Sequence record: MN648445
Reading direction: 5' to 3' (one strand)
DNA length: 64,000 nt
DNA from: Escherichia phage FP43
Shown here: one piece after another, positions 46,432-55,153 of the stretch
How the letters are laid out: the number at the start of each line of letters is the position of its first letter
Numbering within the stretch: the stretch's first letter is position 1
Program-made: the position numbers and the translations under genes
The notes under the pieces: model-generated
Told to the model about the DNA's origin: nothing
Databases searched by the model: none
What the model saw: the letters and a program-made list of their open reading frames with translations, nothing else

Positions 46432-47741
46432 CATTTGATGATTTGACTGAAGGCCAGAAAAACGCCTTCAACGTTGTTATGAACGCTATTAAAGAAAAGA
46501 AACATCACGTAACTATTAATGGGCCTGCTGGTACAGGTAAAACAACCCTTACTAGATTCATCGTTGAAGCCCTTATTTCTTCTGGAGAATCAGGTATTAT
46601 TTTAGCAGCCCCTACACATGCTGCTAAAAAGGTTCTAAGCAAACTTGCAGGTCAAGAAGCATCGACTATTCATAGCATTCTTAAAATCAACCCAACTACA
46701 TACGAAGAAAACGTATTATTTGAACAGAAAAAGGTTCCCGACTTAGCCTTGTGTCGTGTACTGTTATTTGATGAAGCGTCAATGTGTGACCGTTCTCTGT
46801 TTAAAATAATGTTAGCTAGTATCCCTAAATGGTGCACAGTAATTGGAATCGGCGACCGATGCCAGATTCGTCCGGTAGACCCAGGCGAATCAACGGCGTA
46901 TCTAAGTCCTTTCTTCACTCACAAAGACTTCGTGCAATGCAACCTTACAGAAGTTAAACGTAGCAATGCACCAATTATTGATGTTGCGACTGATATTCGT
47001 AATGGCAAATGGATTTATGATAAAGTAGTTGATGGGCACGGTGTTCATGGATATACAGACCTTAAATCATATATGATGAACTATTTTAATGTCGTTAAAA
47101 CTCCTGAAGACCTTTTCGAAAATCGAATGATGGCATTCACAAATAAGTCAGTAGATAAGTTGAATTCAATTATTCGCCGAAAACTTCTCGAAACAGAAAA
47201 GCCATTTATTAAAGATGAAGTCATTGTTCTACAAGAGCCGTTTACCAAGACGTATAAGCTAGATGGCAAAAATATGTCTGAAATGCTTTTCAATAACGGG
47301 CAATTCGTTCGTATTCGAGATGCTGTAGAAACGTCTACATTCGTTAAAGCACGTGGTGTTTCGGGCGAATATATGATACGATACTGGAATCTTACAGTAG
47401 AAACATATGGGGATGATGAAGAATACATCCGCGAAGATATAAAGGTTATTTCTTCTGAAGAAGAGCTTTATAAATTCAATTTGTTTTTGGCTAAGACTGC
47501 AGAAACATACAAATTCTGGAATAAAGGTGGTAAAGCTCCATGGAGCGAATTCTGGGATGCTAAACGTATGTTCACTAAGGTGAAGGCACTACCAGTATCA
47601 ACCTTCCATAAGGCCCAGGGTATGTCTGTTGACACGGCCTTTGTTTATACACCGTGTATCCATTATGCTGATTCAGAATTAGCTAAACAGTTATTGTATG
47701 TCGGCACAACTCGTGGTCGTTTTGACGTCCATTTTATTTGA
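46428..47741 (+). CDS. dda: Dda DNA helicase (SF1)
   Basis: MTFDDLTEGQKNAFNVVMNAIKEKKHHVTINGPAGTGKTT matches remembered T4 Dda. Confidence 0.95.
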   Translation: MTFDDLTEGQKNAFNVVMNAIKEKKHHVTINGPAGTGKTTLTRFIVEALISSGESGIILAAPTHAAKKVLSKLAGQEASTIHSILKINPTTYEENVLFEQKKVPDLALCRVLLFDEASMCDRSLFKIMLASIPKWCTVIGIGDRCQIRPVDPGESTAYLSPFFTHKDFVQCNLTEVKRSNAPIIDVATDIRNGKWIYDKVVDGHGVHGYTDLKSYMMNYFNVVKTPEDLFENRMMAFTNKSVDKLNSIIRRKLLETEKPFIKDEVIVLQEPFTKTYKLDGKNMSEMLFNNGQFVRIRDAVETSTFVKARGVSGEYMIRYWNLTVETYGDDEEYIREDIKVISSEEELYKFNLFLAKTAETYKFWNKGGKAPWSEFWDAKRMFTKVKALPVSTFHKAQGMSVDTAFVYTPCIHYADSELAKQLLYVGTTRGRFDVHFI

Positions 47742-47750
47742 GAGAAAATT

Positions 47751-48428
47751 ATGAGCACTGATGTTATTATAGATTTTGAAACATTCGGCAATACGTCAAA
47801 AGCTGCTGTTATTGACCTTGCGGTTATTGCATATAATTCGGACCCTGAAATTGTTGAATCATTCGAAGAACTTGTTCAACGAGGTAAGCGAATTAAATTT
47901 AATTTAGCTTCTCAGAAAGGGAAGCGAGTTTTCGCTAAATCCACTATGAAATGGTGGAAAGAACAATCAGCAGAAGCACGTAAAAACCTGGCCCCGTCTG
48001 AAGACGATGTCACTACGCTTGAAGGCGTTAAAATCTTTTTAGATTATTGTCGAGCTAATAAAGTTGACCAATGGAAATCACAGATGTGGTGCCGTGGTAT
48101 GAGCTTTGACTTCCCGATATTGGTCGATTTGATTCGTGACCTCTATCGTGATGAAGGTGTTCTTGAACCAGATATTGATACCGATAAATTAGAACCGGTT
48201 AAATTCTGGGCTCAACGCGATATTCGTACGGCAATCGAAGCTTACTCGTTGACACGAGGATTAAGTATGTGTCCATTACCGATGGGTACGCTAAAAGGAT
48301 TCGTTGCCCATGATAGTATTCACGATTGTGCTAAAGATATTTTGATGTTAAAATATGCTCAGCGTTATGCGCTTGGCCTTGAAGATGTCCCTGAGAATCC
48401 TGACCCGTTAAGTGTAAAACAGCGATAA
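47751..48428 (+). CDS. dexA: exonuclease A (DnaQ-like 3'-5' exonuclease)
   Basis: 225 aa; N-terminal IDFETFG exo motif; syntenic after dda. Confidence 0.8.
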   Translation: MSTDVIIDFETFGNTSKAAVIDLAVIAYNSDPEIVESFEELVQRGKRIKFNLASQKGKRVFAKSTMKWWKEQSAEARKNLAPSEDDVTTLEGVKIFLDYCRANKVDQWKSQMWCRGMSFDFPILVDLIRDLYRDEGVLEPDIDTDKLEPVKFWAQRDIRTAIEAYSLTRGLSMCPLPMGTLKGFVAHDSIHDCAKDILMLKYAQRYALGLEDVPENPDPLSVKQR

Positions 48429-48433
48429 AAACA

Positions 48434-48463
48434 GTTTACAACCAAGGATGGTTGGAGTATAAT
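48434..48463 (+). promoter_or_regulatory. T4-early-type promoter (CCAAGGATGGTTGG family)
   Basis: GTTTACAACCAAGGATGGTTGGAGTATAAT. Confidence 0.55.
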
Positions 48464-48493
48464 CTTTCTATCTTAACCAAACAGGAAAACATT

Positions 48494-48988
48494 ATGAATA
48501 TCAATACCACGGCTACTTACATCCTGAAAGATGAAAAACAAATCAACTGGTACGGTGCTTCAGTGCGAGCTTATGAAAAGTTTTGTGAAATTTTAGGTGC
48601 CACTCAAGGTAATAGTTTCACTATTGTTAACTTCATCAAACAAGTTGAAGGCCCTTGGTTATTCTTAGAAATTAAAAATTCATATGGTACAATTTCTACT
48701 ACCGCCCTTCCAAGCACCGACTTTGAACTGTTGATTGAAGAAGTAGAACCCGTTAAAGATATCTGTATTGATATGGATATCGCTTGTATGTACGGTACTC
48801 TGATTAAGCCTATTGAGCCTACTGATTTGTTGTGTAAATATGTTTCAATTCGACGTCCGTTCGCAGGTCCAGTAAATGGATGGGTAACTGACCAATGGAT
48901 TGAAGACGGTGTTGAACTTCTGAACGTTGTTCATGCAGGTGATTTTAGTGTAGTTCCACGTAGTGCTGTGGTTAATATCCTTAATTAA
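48494..48988 (+). CDS. hypothetical protein, paralog family member 1 of 3
   Basis: C-terminal GWVTDQWIEDGVELLNVVHAGDFSVVP shared with the next two genes. Confidence 0.5.
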   Translation: MNINTTATYILKDEKQINWYGASVRAYEKFCEILGATQGNSFTIVNFIKQVEGPWLFLEIKNSYGTISTTALPSTDFELLIEEVEPVKDICIDMDIACMYGTLIKPIEPTDLLCKYVSIRRPFAGPVNGWVTDQWIEDGVELLNVVHAGDFSVVPRSAVVNILN

Positions 48989-48992
48989 TGTT

Positions 48993-49020
48993 GTACATCC
49001 AAGGACGGATGGAGTATAAT
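48993..49020 (+). promoter_or_regulatory. T4-early-type promoter (CCAAGGA family variant)
   Basis: TGTACATCCAAGGACGGATGGAGTATAAT. Confidence 0.5.
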
Positions 49021-49050
49021 GAATTCAATTTAAACAAAGAGAGAGAAATT

Positions 49051-49506
49051 ATGATTACTATTGGTGAAATTAAGCGTGTATCGTCTGCATCTCGTTCTAA
49101 AGCTGCAGGTCGTCTAGTTGAAGTGGTAGGACTTCGTACTAATGGTACTGGACGTGTTAAAGAAGTTAAAGTTCGAATCATTCCTAGTTCTGGAAAAACT
49201 GAAACTCAGTACGCTTACGTAAGTCCTAAATTCTTGGAAACTCATGTGAGCGCTCATTTTGCTTCTACTGAACCTAATGTACAGTTCAAATGGGCCCTTT
49301 GCAAAGGCGTTGAATTCCGGACTGATAAAGAATTTGATTTCATCGACGAATATGGTTATCCAAACAAAACTGATATTATGTGCGGCTTCATCAGTGACCA
49401 ATGGGTTGAAGATGGTGAAAAGTTATACAATATCGTATTCTTAGGTGACTTCCGAGTTGTTAAAGAATCTGAAATCACTCGCTATGTGTCTCCTCGTAAA
49501 GCTTAA
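49051..49506 (+). CDS. hypothetical protein, paralog family member 2 of 3
   Basis: C-terminal GFISDQWVEDGEKLYNIVFLGDFRVV. Confidence 0.5.
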   Translation: MITIGEIKRVSSASRSKAAGRLVEVVGLRTNGTGRVKEVKVRIIPSSGKTETQYAYVSPKFLETHVSAHFASTEPNVQFKWALCKGVEFRTDKEFDFIDEYGYPNKTDIMCGFISDQWVEDGEKLYNIVFLGDFRVVKESEITRYVSPRKA

Positions 49507-49515
49507 GGAATTATT

Positions 49516-49935
49516 ATGAATATTGTAAATCTCTCTACAGGTGATTACGTATATGTATCTGTTGCTTCTCGCTCTAAAGTTGCCGGGAAGTTGGTTGAAG
49601 TTCTTTCTGTGAGTGATCCGGTTTTTGGTCGTAACCAAGTTAAAGTTCGTGATGCTAATGGTAATATTGGCTACGTCTCAAGCCAGTTCATTGAGCCAGA
49701 AGAAAAAGCGTTCAAATGGGGACTATGCAGATCAGTTTCTGTTGAAAAAGACCATGAATTCACTATTGCTGCGGCAACTGATGGAACGCCATGGAAAACT
49801 AAGCAAATCGCCGGATTTATTAGCGACCGTTGGGTAGAAGATGGTGTTAAGCTTTATAACATCGTTTTCGCTGGTCAGTTCATGGTAGTTCCTGAATTCC
49901 AAATTAAAAAATATAGCCCAGCTGCTTTCGCATAA
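49516..49935 (+). CDS. hypothetical protein, paralog family member 3 of 3
   Basis: C-terminal GFISDRWVEDGVKLYNIVFAGQFMVVP. Confidence 0.5.
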   Translation: MNIVNLSTGDYVYVSVASRSKVAGKLVEVLSVSDPVFGRNQVKVRDANGNIGYVSSQFIEPEEKAFKWGLCRSVSVEKDHEFTIAAATDGTPWKTKQIAGFISDRWVEDGVKLYNIVFAGQFMVVPEFQIKKYSPAAFA

Positions 49936-49939
49936 AGTT

Positions 49940-49969
49940 GTTTACTTCTCCTCTGGTTTTGATATTATA
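49940..49969 (+). promoter_or_regulatory. T4-early-type promoter
   Basis: -35 GTTTAC, -10 TATTAT; 11-bp IR CTCCTCTGGTT/AACCAGAGGAG brackets -10 and covers the RBS. Confidence 0.5.
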
Positions 49970-49994
49970 ACCATATCAACCAGAGGAGAATAAT

Positions 49995-50519
49995 ATGTTA
50001 GTTTACCGCGTAGAACGTAGTTTTTGTACTCAACGTGAATCATTACCAGGAATTGTTATCGAAGACGGTAAAGCCGTCAGAATTTGGGAAACCTCTTGGA
50101 ATAAAGAACCTCGCTCACCTTACGGTTGGTCTGGCACTGACAACTCTGAAGAAACATGGGAGTTCCTTGATAAGCATGGAATACTCTCAGGTAACTTCTA
50201 CCATCACGGCGACAACTATAATGTCCCTAATCGTCCTACAGTAAATGAAGACAAACTTCTTGAACAAAATATCTTAAGATACCATAGAATTGAGTACACA
50301 TTTGAATTGAGTGAAGATTGGGCTCAAGGGTTCTATTTTGGATTTGAAAGCGTTGACGCGGTTTATGCATGGTTTGATGACCAGGTGGATGTTGAACTCT
50401 TGAAAGCTAAAGGATACTACATCGCGGTCTATGAAGCACCTGATTTCATCCTCGGAAGTTGTCAATTAATGTTTAGACGTTCATTGGCAGAACAAGTTGA
50501 TTTTATTTTGCTAAAATGA
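49995..50519 (+). CDS. hypothetical protein
   Basis: 174-aa ORF with promoter and GAGGAG RBS. Confidence 0.5.
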   Translation: MLVYRVERSFCTQRESLPGIVIEDGKAVRIWETSWNKEPRSPYGWSGTDNSEETWEFLDKHGILSGNFYHHGDNYNVPNRPTVNEDKLLEQNILRYHRIEYTFELSEDWAQGFYFGFESVDAVYAWFDDQVDVELLKAKGYYIAVYEAPDFILGSCQLMFRRSLAEQVDFILLK

Positions 50520-50548
50520 TGTACAACAACTATGGCCTATGATACTAT
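50520..50548 (+). promoter_or_regulatory. T4-early-type promoter
   Basis: -35 TGTACA, 17 bp, -10 TACTAT; followed by TATAGACCTATCAA. Confidence 0.5.
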
Positions 50549-50576
50549 AGACCTATCAAAACAAGAGGAGAATATT

Positions 50577-50804
50577 ATGAAACGTCAAATCATTAAAAAC
50601 GTAACTACTGATTCAAACATCGATGAGTTTGAAGATGTTCTGTTTAATCCTGATTTAGTTGTTGTACAGAAAAACTGGACCGGATTTTTATGCTACACCG
50701 AAGTGGTTTACGTTTACGAAAAACTCGGTGATGAAATGCCTATCTACGGTATCTTCCGTGAAATCACTGAAAACGGTACAACTTATTGGAAGGAAACTTA
50801 CTAA
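50577..50804 (+). CDS. small hypothetical protein
   Basis: ATG 50577 after AGAGGAG RBS (cassette near-identical to 2538-2574). Confidence 0.4.
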   Translation: MKRQIIKNVTTDSNIDEFEDVLFNPDLVVVQKNWTGFLCYTEVVYVYEKLGDEMPIYGIFREITENGTTYWKETY

Positions 50805-51214
50805 TGGCTAATAAATTCCGCGTTAACTCGTGGTACCAATTTAAAGATAAACGTGCCCAAGAAGAGTTTATTAAGGACCACACCGATAATGGGATTTATG
50901 CACGACGTCTTGGCATGGAACCATTTAAAGTATTAGATGTTGACCATCTTGGTCGTCCTACTAAAATTGTGACATCTACTGGCATGGTTGGATACGCAAC
51001 AGGTGGTGATATCCTTGATGAAAACTTTATCTGGCTCTCCACGAATGAAGCAGAGTTCTTTGACGAAGTTGGAAATCCATATCAAGCGTCCGAAGAGCAA
51101 GATTCTAGTGAACTTGGTGAATTGTCTGAATTTCCGGTGATGTCGATTACTATCGAAAATAACGACCAGGCATGGTCTTTGTATCAAATGTTGAAAGCAC
51201 ATTTTAAGGAATAA
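50804..51214 (+). CDS. hypothetical acidic protein
   Basis: ATG 50804 overlapping upstream stop. Confidence 0.45.
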   Translation: MANKFRVNSWYQFKDKRAQEEFIKDHTDNGIYARRLGMEPFKVLDVDHLGRPTKIVTSTGMVGYATGGDILDENFIWLSTNEAEFFDEVGNPYQASEEQDSSELGELSEFPVMSITIENNDQAWSLYQMLKAHFKE

Positions 51215-51216
51215 TA

Positions 51217-51396
51217 ATGCCGTTATACGACTATAAATGTCAATCTGAAGATTGTGGTCATGAATATGAAAAAATTAAAAGGATTTCTGAACGAGAAAAC
51301 GATGTTTGCCCTGAATGTCATCGTCTGTCTACTCGTCGGGTTTCTGCTCCTAAACATGTGAACGGTGGTTTTTACGACTTACTTAAGAAGGGATAA
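51217..51396 (+). CDS. zinc-ribbon protein (FmdB-like C-x2-C...C-x2-C; 59 aa, below ORF-track cutoff)
   Basis: MPLYDYKCQSEDCGHEYE...CPECH. Confidence 0.35.
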   Translation: MPLYDYKCQSEDCGHEYEKIKRISERENDVCPECHRLSTRRVSAPKHVNGGFYDLLKKG

Positions 51397-51398
51397 TT

Positions 51399-51824
51399 AT
51401 GGCTTTTAAAGGTTTTGAAGTTGGTAAGAAATATCATATTATCAAAGGTCAAGAAGATAATTTCTTGAGAATTCTTAATACGACTGGTAAACGTCTTAAT
51501 ACTAATCTGCATACTACTTTATTGTCCAAAGATTTTATTGTGGAAGAGATGATTGGTTACGGTGTTTCGGTTATTGCTGTAGAAGCCGTAGGCGATTATG
51601 GCCGAACTATTCATAGTATGCAAGGTGATATTCTGCTTTATGGTGCAGAATTTAAATTCTTTGAAGAAGTTCAGGAACCAGATACAGCTGTCGATTTCAA
51701 AAAAGGCTCTATAGAATTTGTTGATGGTTCGGTGATCGTATCAGGTGATGTGGTCATTACAGTTAAAAGTGAACAAGGGCGTTTGGCTGCAATTGATGCA
51801 CTTCAGAAAATTAAATTTAAATAA
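51399..51824 (+). CDS. hypothetical protein
   Basis: 141-aa ORF; TTCG-loop terminator downstream. Confidence 0.45.
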   Translation: MAFKGFEVGKKYHIIKGQEDNFLRILNTTGKRLNTNLHTTLLSKDFIVEEMIGYGVSVIAVEAVGDYGRTIHSMQGDILLYGAEFKFFEEVQEPDTAVDFKKGSIEFVDGSVIVSGDVVITVKSEQGRLAAIDALQKIKFK

Positions 51825-51843
51825 GGGCTTCGGCCCTTTTTGC
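51825..51843 (+). terminator. intrinsic terminator (TTCG tetraloop)
   Basis: GGGC TTCG GCCC then TTTTT. Confidence 0.55.
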
Positions 51844-51887
51844 TTTAGATTTCGGATGATAGAATACCTTCATAACGAGGAGACAAC

Positions 51888-53705
51888 ATGATTAAAAATG
51901 AAATTAAGGTATTGTCAGATGTAGAACATATTAAGAAACGTAGTGGTATGTATATTGGTTCTTCGGCCAAAGAAGCCCACGAGCGTTTTTTGTTTGGTAA
52001 ATATCAACAAGTTGAATATGTTCCTGGTCTGGTTAAATTAATCGATGAGATTATTGACAACTCGGTTGATGAAGCTATTCGTACATCATTTAAGTTTGCA
52101 AATAAAATTGATGTGCAAATTAAAAATAATCAAGTTTCGGTGGAAGATAACGGACGTGGTATTCCTCAAGGTTTAGTTACCGACCAAACAGGTGAACAAA
52201 TTCCTGGGCCTGTAGCAGCCTGGACTATTCCAAAGGCCGGTGGTAACTTTGGTGATGACTCTGAACGCAAGACTGGTGGTATGAACGGCGTCGGGAGTAG
52301 TTTAACTAATATCTTCTCTACGTTGTTTACAGGCATCACGTCAGATGGCGAAAATGAAATCACTGTTAACTGTTCAAACGGAATGGAAAACAAATCATGG
52401 TCTTCTAAGAAATCTAAAGGTAAAGGCACTAAAGTAATCTTCACTCCTGATTTCACTTCATTTGAAGAGCATAATTTATCTCAAATTTATTTAGATATTA
52501 CTTTAGACCGACTTCAAACATTGGCAGTCGTTTATCCTGATATCACGTTCACATTTAATGGTAAAAAGGTTGATGGTAATTTTAAACGATTTGCTAAACA
52601 ATTTGGTGAAGATAATATCATTCAAGAAAATGATAAAGTCTCTATAGCATTCACAACATCACCAGATGGCTTCCGTCATTTAACTTATGTGAATAACATC
52701 CATACTAAAAATGGTGGACATCATGTTGAATGTGTAATGGACGATATCTGCGAACATCTTTTGCCGGGTATTAAAAAGAAATATAAGGGTATTGAAGTCA
52801 CTAAAGCTCGTGTTAAAGAATGTCTCACAATGTTGATGTTTATTAGAGACATGAGCAACATGCGTTTTGATTCTCAGACTAAAGAACGTTTAACGTCAAC
52901 GTATGGTGATATTCGTAATCATATCCAATTAGATGCTAAGAAAATTGCTCAGGCACTTCTTAAAAATGAAGCCTTGATTATGCCTATTGTTGAAGCAGCA
53001 TTAGCTCGTAAATTGGCGGCAGAAAAGGCTGCAGAAACTAAAGCAGCTAAAAAGGCAACTAAAGCTAAGGTTCATAAGCATATTAAAGCTAACCAATGTG
53101 GTAAAGATGCAGATACGACATTGTTTTTAACAGAAGGTGATTCGGCAATTGGATATCTCATTGATGTTCGTGACCGTGAACTACACGGCGGATTCCCGTT
53201 ACGTGGTAAGGTGATGAATAGCTGGGGTATGTCATATGCTGATATGATGAAGAACAAAGAGCTCTTTGATATCTGTGCTATCACAGGTCTTATTCTTGGT
53301 GAAAAGGCAGAGAATACGAACTATCGTAATATTGCAATTATGACCGATGCCGATCATGACGGCCTTGGAAGTATTTATCCTGCTTTGCTTGCTTTCTTTA
53401 GTAATTGGCCTGAATTGTTTGAACAAGGACGTATTCGCTTTGTTAAAACACCTGTAATTATTGCACAAATTGGCAAAACTCAAAAATGGTTTTATACTGT
53501 AGCTGAGTATGAAGAAGTTAAAGATACACTGCCTAAGCATAGTATTCGATACATCAAGGGATTGGGCTCCCTTGAAAAGTCAGAGTATCGTGAAATGATT
53601 CAGAACCCTGTGTACGACGTAGTTAAACTTCCTGAAAATTGGAAAGAACTCTTTGAAATGCTGATGGGTGATGATTCAGAACTTCGTAAAGAATGGATGT
53701 CCTAA
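51888..53705 (+). CDS. 39: DNA topoisomerase II large subunit gp39 (GyrB-like), continuous 605-aa form (T4 39+60 equivalent)
   Basis: MIKNEIKVLSDVEHIKKRSGMYIGS...; ATPase and TOPRIM regions in one frame. Confidence 0.95.
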   Translation: MIKNEIKVLSDVEHIKKRSGMYIGSSAKEAHERFLFGKYQQVEYVPGLVKLIDEIIDNSVDEAIRTSFKFANKIDVQIKNNQVSVEDNGRGIPQGLVTDQTGEQIPGPVAAWTIPKAGGNFGDDSERKTGGMNGVGSSLTNIFSTLFTGITSDGENEITVNCSNGMENKSWSSKKSKGKGTKVIFTPDFTSFEEHNLSQIYLDITLDRLQTLAVVYPDITFTFNGKKVDGNFKRFAKQFGEDNIIQENDKVSIAFTTSPDGFRHLTYVNNIHTKNGGHHVECVMDDICEHLLPGIKKKYKGIEVTKARVKECLTMLMFIRDMSNMRFDSQTKERLTSTYGDIRNHIQLDAKKIAQALLKNEALIMPIVEAALARKLAAEKAAETKAAKKATKAKVHKHIKANQCGKDADTTLFLTEGDSAIGYLIDVRDRELHGGFPLRGKVMNSWGMSYADMMKNKELFDICAITGLILGEKAENTNYRNIAIMTDADHDGLGSIYPALLAFFSNWPELFEQGRIRFVKTPVIIAQIGKTQKWFYTVAEYEEVKDTLPKHSIRYIKGLGSLEKSEYREMIQNPVYDVVKLPENWKELFEMLMGDDSELRKEWMS

Positions 53706-53727
53706 GCTCCTTCGGGAGCTTCATTTT
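53704..53727 (+). terminator. intrinsic terminator (TTCG tetraloop) after gene 39
   Basis: AAGCTCC TTCG GGAGCTT then CATTTT. Confidence 0.55.
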
Positions 53728-53747
53728 AATTTTAATAAGGCTTAATT

Positions 53748-54848
53748 ATGAAAGTTATGTTTATCCCATCTCGCGCAGTCCCATTTAACCCAGAACGTGT
53801 ACAAGGTGGTCTTGAAGCAGTACATTTAAATGTATTGAAATATCTTGTGTCCATCGGTGCTGATATTGATTATATCGGCTTTGATAATGACACGTTTGGT
53901 GACTGGAAGGTTAATCATCATCCTGTTGGTCATCTGACTAAATTCAGTCTAGGTATGAGTTATACTATGGCTCGTAAGATTGTTGAACTAGCCGGCATCC
54001 ATGAATACGATTTTGTTGTTACTATGGAACCGACCAAACTAACCGTTCAGGCAATTAAAGACGCAGGTCTCTCTAAAGTTCATAAGAATTTTATGGCAAC
54101 ACCATTTGAACCGGTATCTCGTGGCATTGTTCAAATTTGGGACCAGACTATTCAAATTCATAAGAACGGTGGTAAGAGTTATGCTCCTACTAAAGCCTTC
54201 CGTGAATTTGAACGCAAATATTGTTATATGACTTCAGGTCTGACTGACAAAATTGATTATGATTATTGGCGAGCAAATCCGTTGTTTGAAGCCGAAGATT
54301 ATCCGGTTATTTGTTTGAATGAGAAACCTGAAGTTCTTCCGGCGACTGATCTGATTATTAGTGCACAACGTTATGACACTAAAATGCGTCGTACTGATGT
54401 TGCTCTTGAAGCGATTAAAGCACTAGGCGAAAATGGTGCAGGATACTGTCCTAGTAAATGGGCACCACCAGCTAAATATCCTGTTATTATTGATGCTCCA
54501 CACAGTGAAATCATGGAACGTCTTAAAACAGCTAAAGCACTTATCAATACGTGTCCTGACACGGGTACGGTAGAGAATAGTTCTATTGAAGCCATCTCTA
54601 AAGGTGTCCCTGTGATTCAGTTAGTTTTTAAGGATTATCCGCACGCGACATTCGAATATGACCCAGATACTGTGCGTGTAGAAATTGATTCCTCTACTCC
54701 TAAGAAAGAAGTAGTTGCGCTTTACACAAAAGCTGTATTAGAATTCACTGACACATACGAAGCTCGAGTTAAACGTGCTGAAGCAGTATGGAAGAAGTAT
54801 AACCGAGATGCAGTTGTTGCGATGTGGGATAAAATCTTCACAGCGTAA
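53748..54848 (+). CDS. putative GT-B fold glycosyltransferase (candidate DNA hmC glycosyltransferase)
   Basis: 366 aa; N-terminal MKVMFIP...GGLE and C-terminal TGTVENSSIEAISKGVPVI resemble GT-B donor-binding region; lies between 39 and rIIA. Confidence 0.5.
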   Translation: MKVMFIPSRAVPFNPERVQGGLEAVHLNVLKYLVSIGADIDYIGFDNDTFGDWKVNHHPVGHLTKFSLGMSYTMARKIVELAGIHEYDFVVTMEPTKLTVQAIKDAGLSKVHKNFMATPFEPVSRGIVQIWDQTIQIHKNGGKSYAPTKAFREFERKYCYMTSGLTDKIDYDYWRANPLFEAEDYPVICLNEKPEVLPATDLIISAQRYDTKMRRTDVALEAIKALGENGAGYCPSKWAPPAKYPVIIDAPHSEIMERLKTAKALINTCPDTGTVENSSIEAISKGVPVIQLVFKDYPHATFEYDPDTVRVEIDSSTPKKEVVALYTKAVLEFTDTYEARVKRAEAVWKKYNRDAVVAMWDKIFTA

Positions 54849-54940
54849 ATCCTGAATCGCCTGAGGCACTATTACACATAAGATGATAGATTATATGGTC
54901 TTTAGTAATAGTGCCCTAGGAATCTACTGAAGAGAATATT

Positions 54941-55141
54941 ATGAGAACATATAACGTGGACTTGGAACTTTTTGATAAAGCGGTGCTCCGGGAATTCCGG
55001 CTTATCCAAAGATTTTTTGATATCGAGTCAGCAGAGTCCTTTAAAGAACGCTTTAAAGAAATTCGATATAAAATACAAACCGATACAGCTACTAAAGAAG
55101 AACTTCTTGAAGTAGCAGAAATTTTTAAACGTAACTTGTGA
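54941..55141 (+). CDS. small hypothetical protein (rIIA.1 position)
   Basis: 66-aa ORF upstream of rIIA. Confidence 0.4.
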   Translation: MRTYNVDLELFDKAVLREFRLIQRFFDIESAESFKERFKEIRYKIQTDTATKEELLEVAEIFKRNL

Positions 55142-55153
55142 TGAGAGAAAAAT

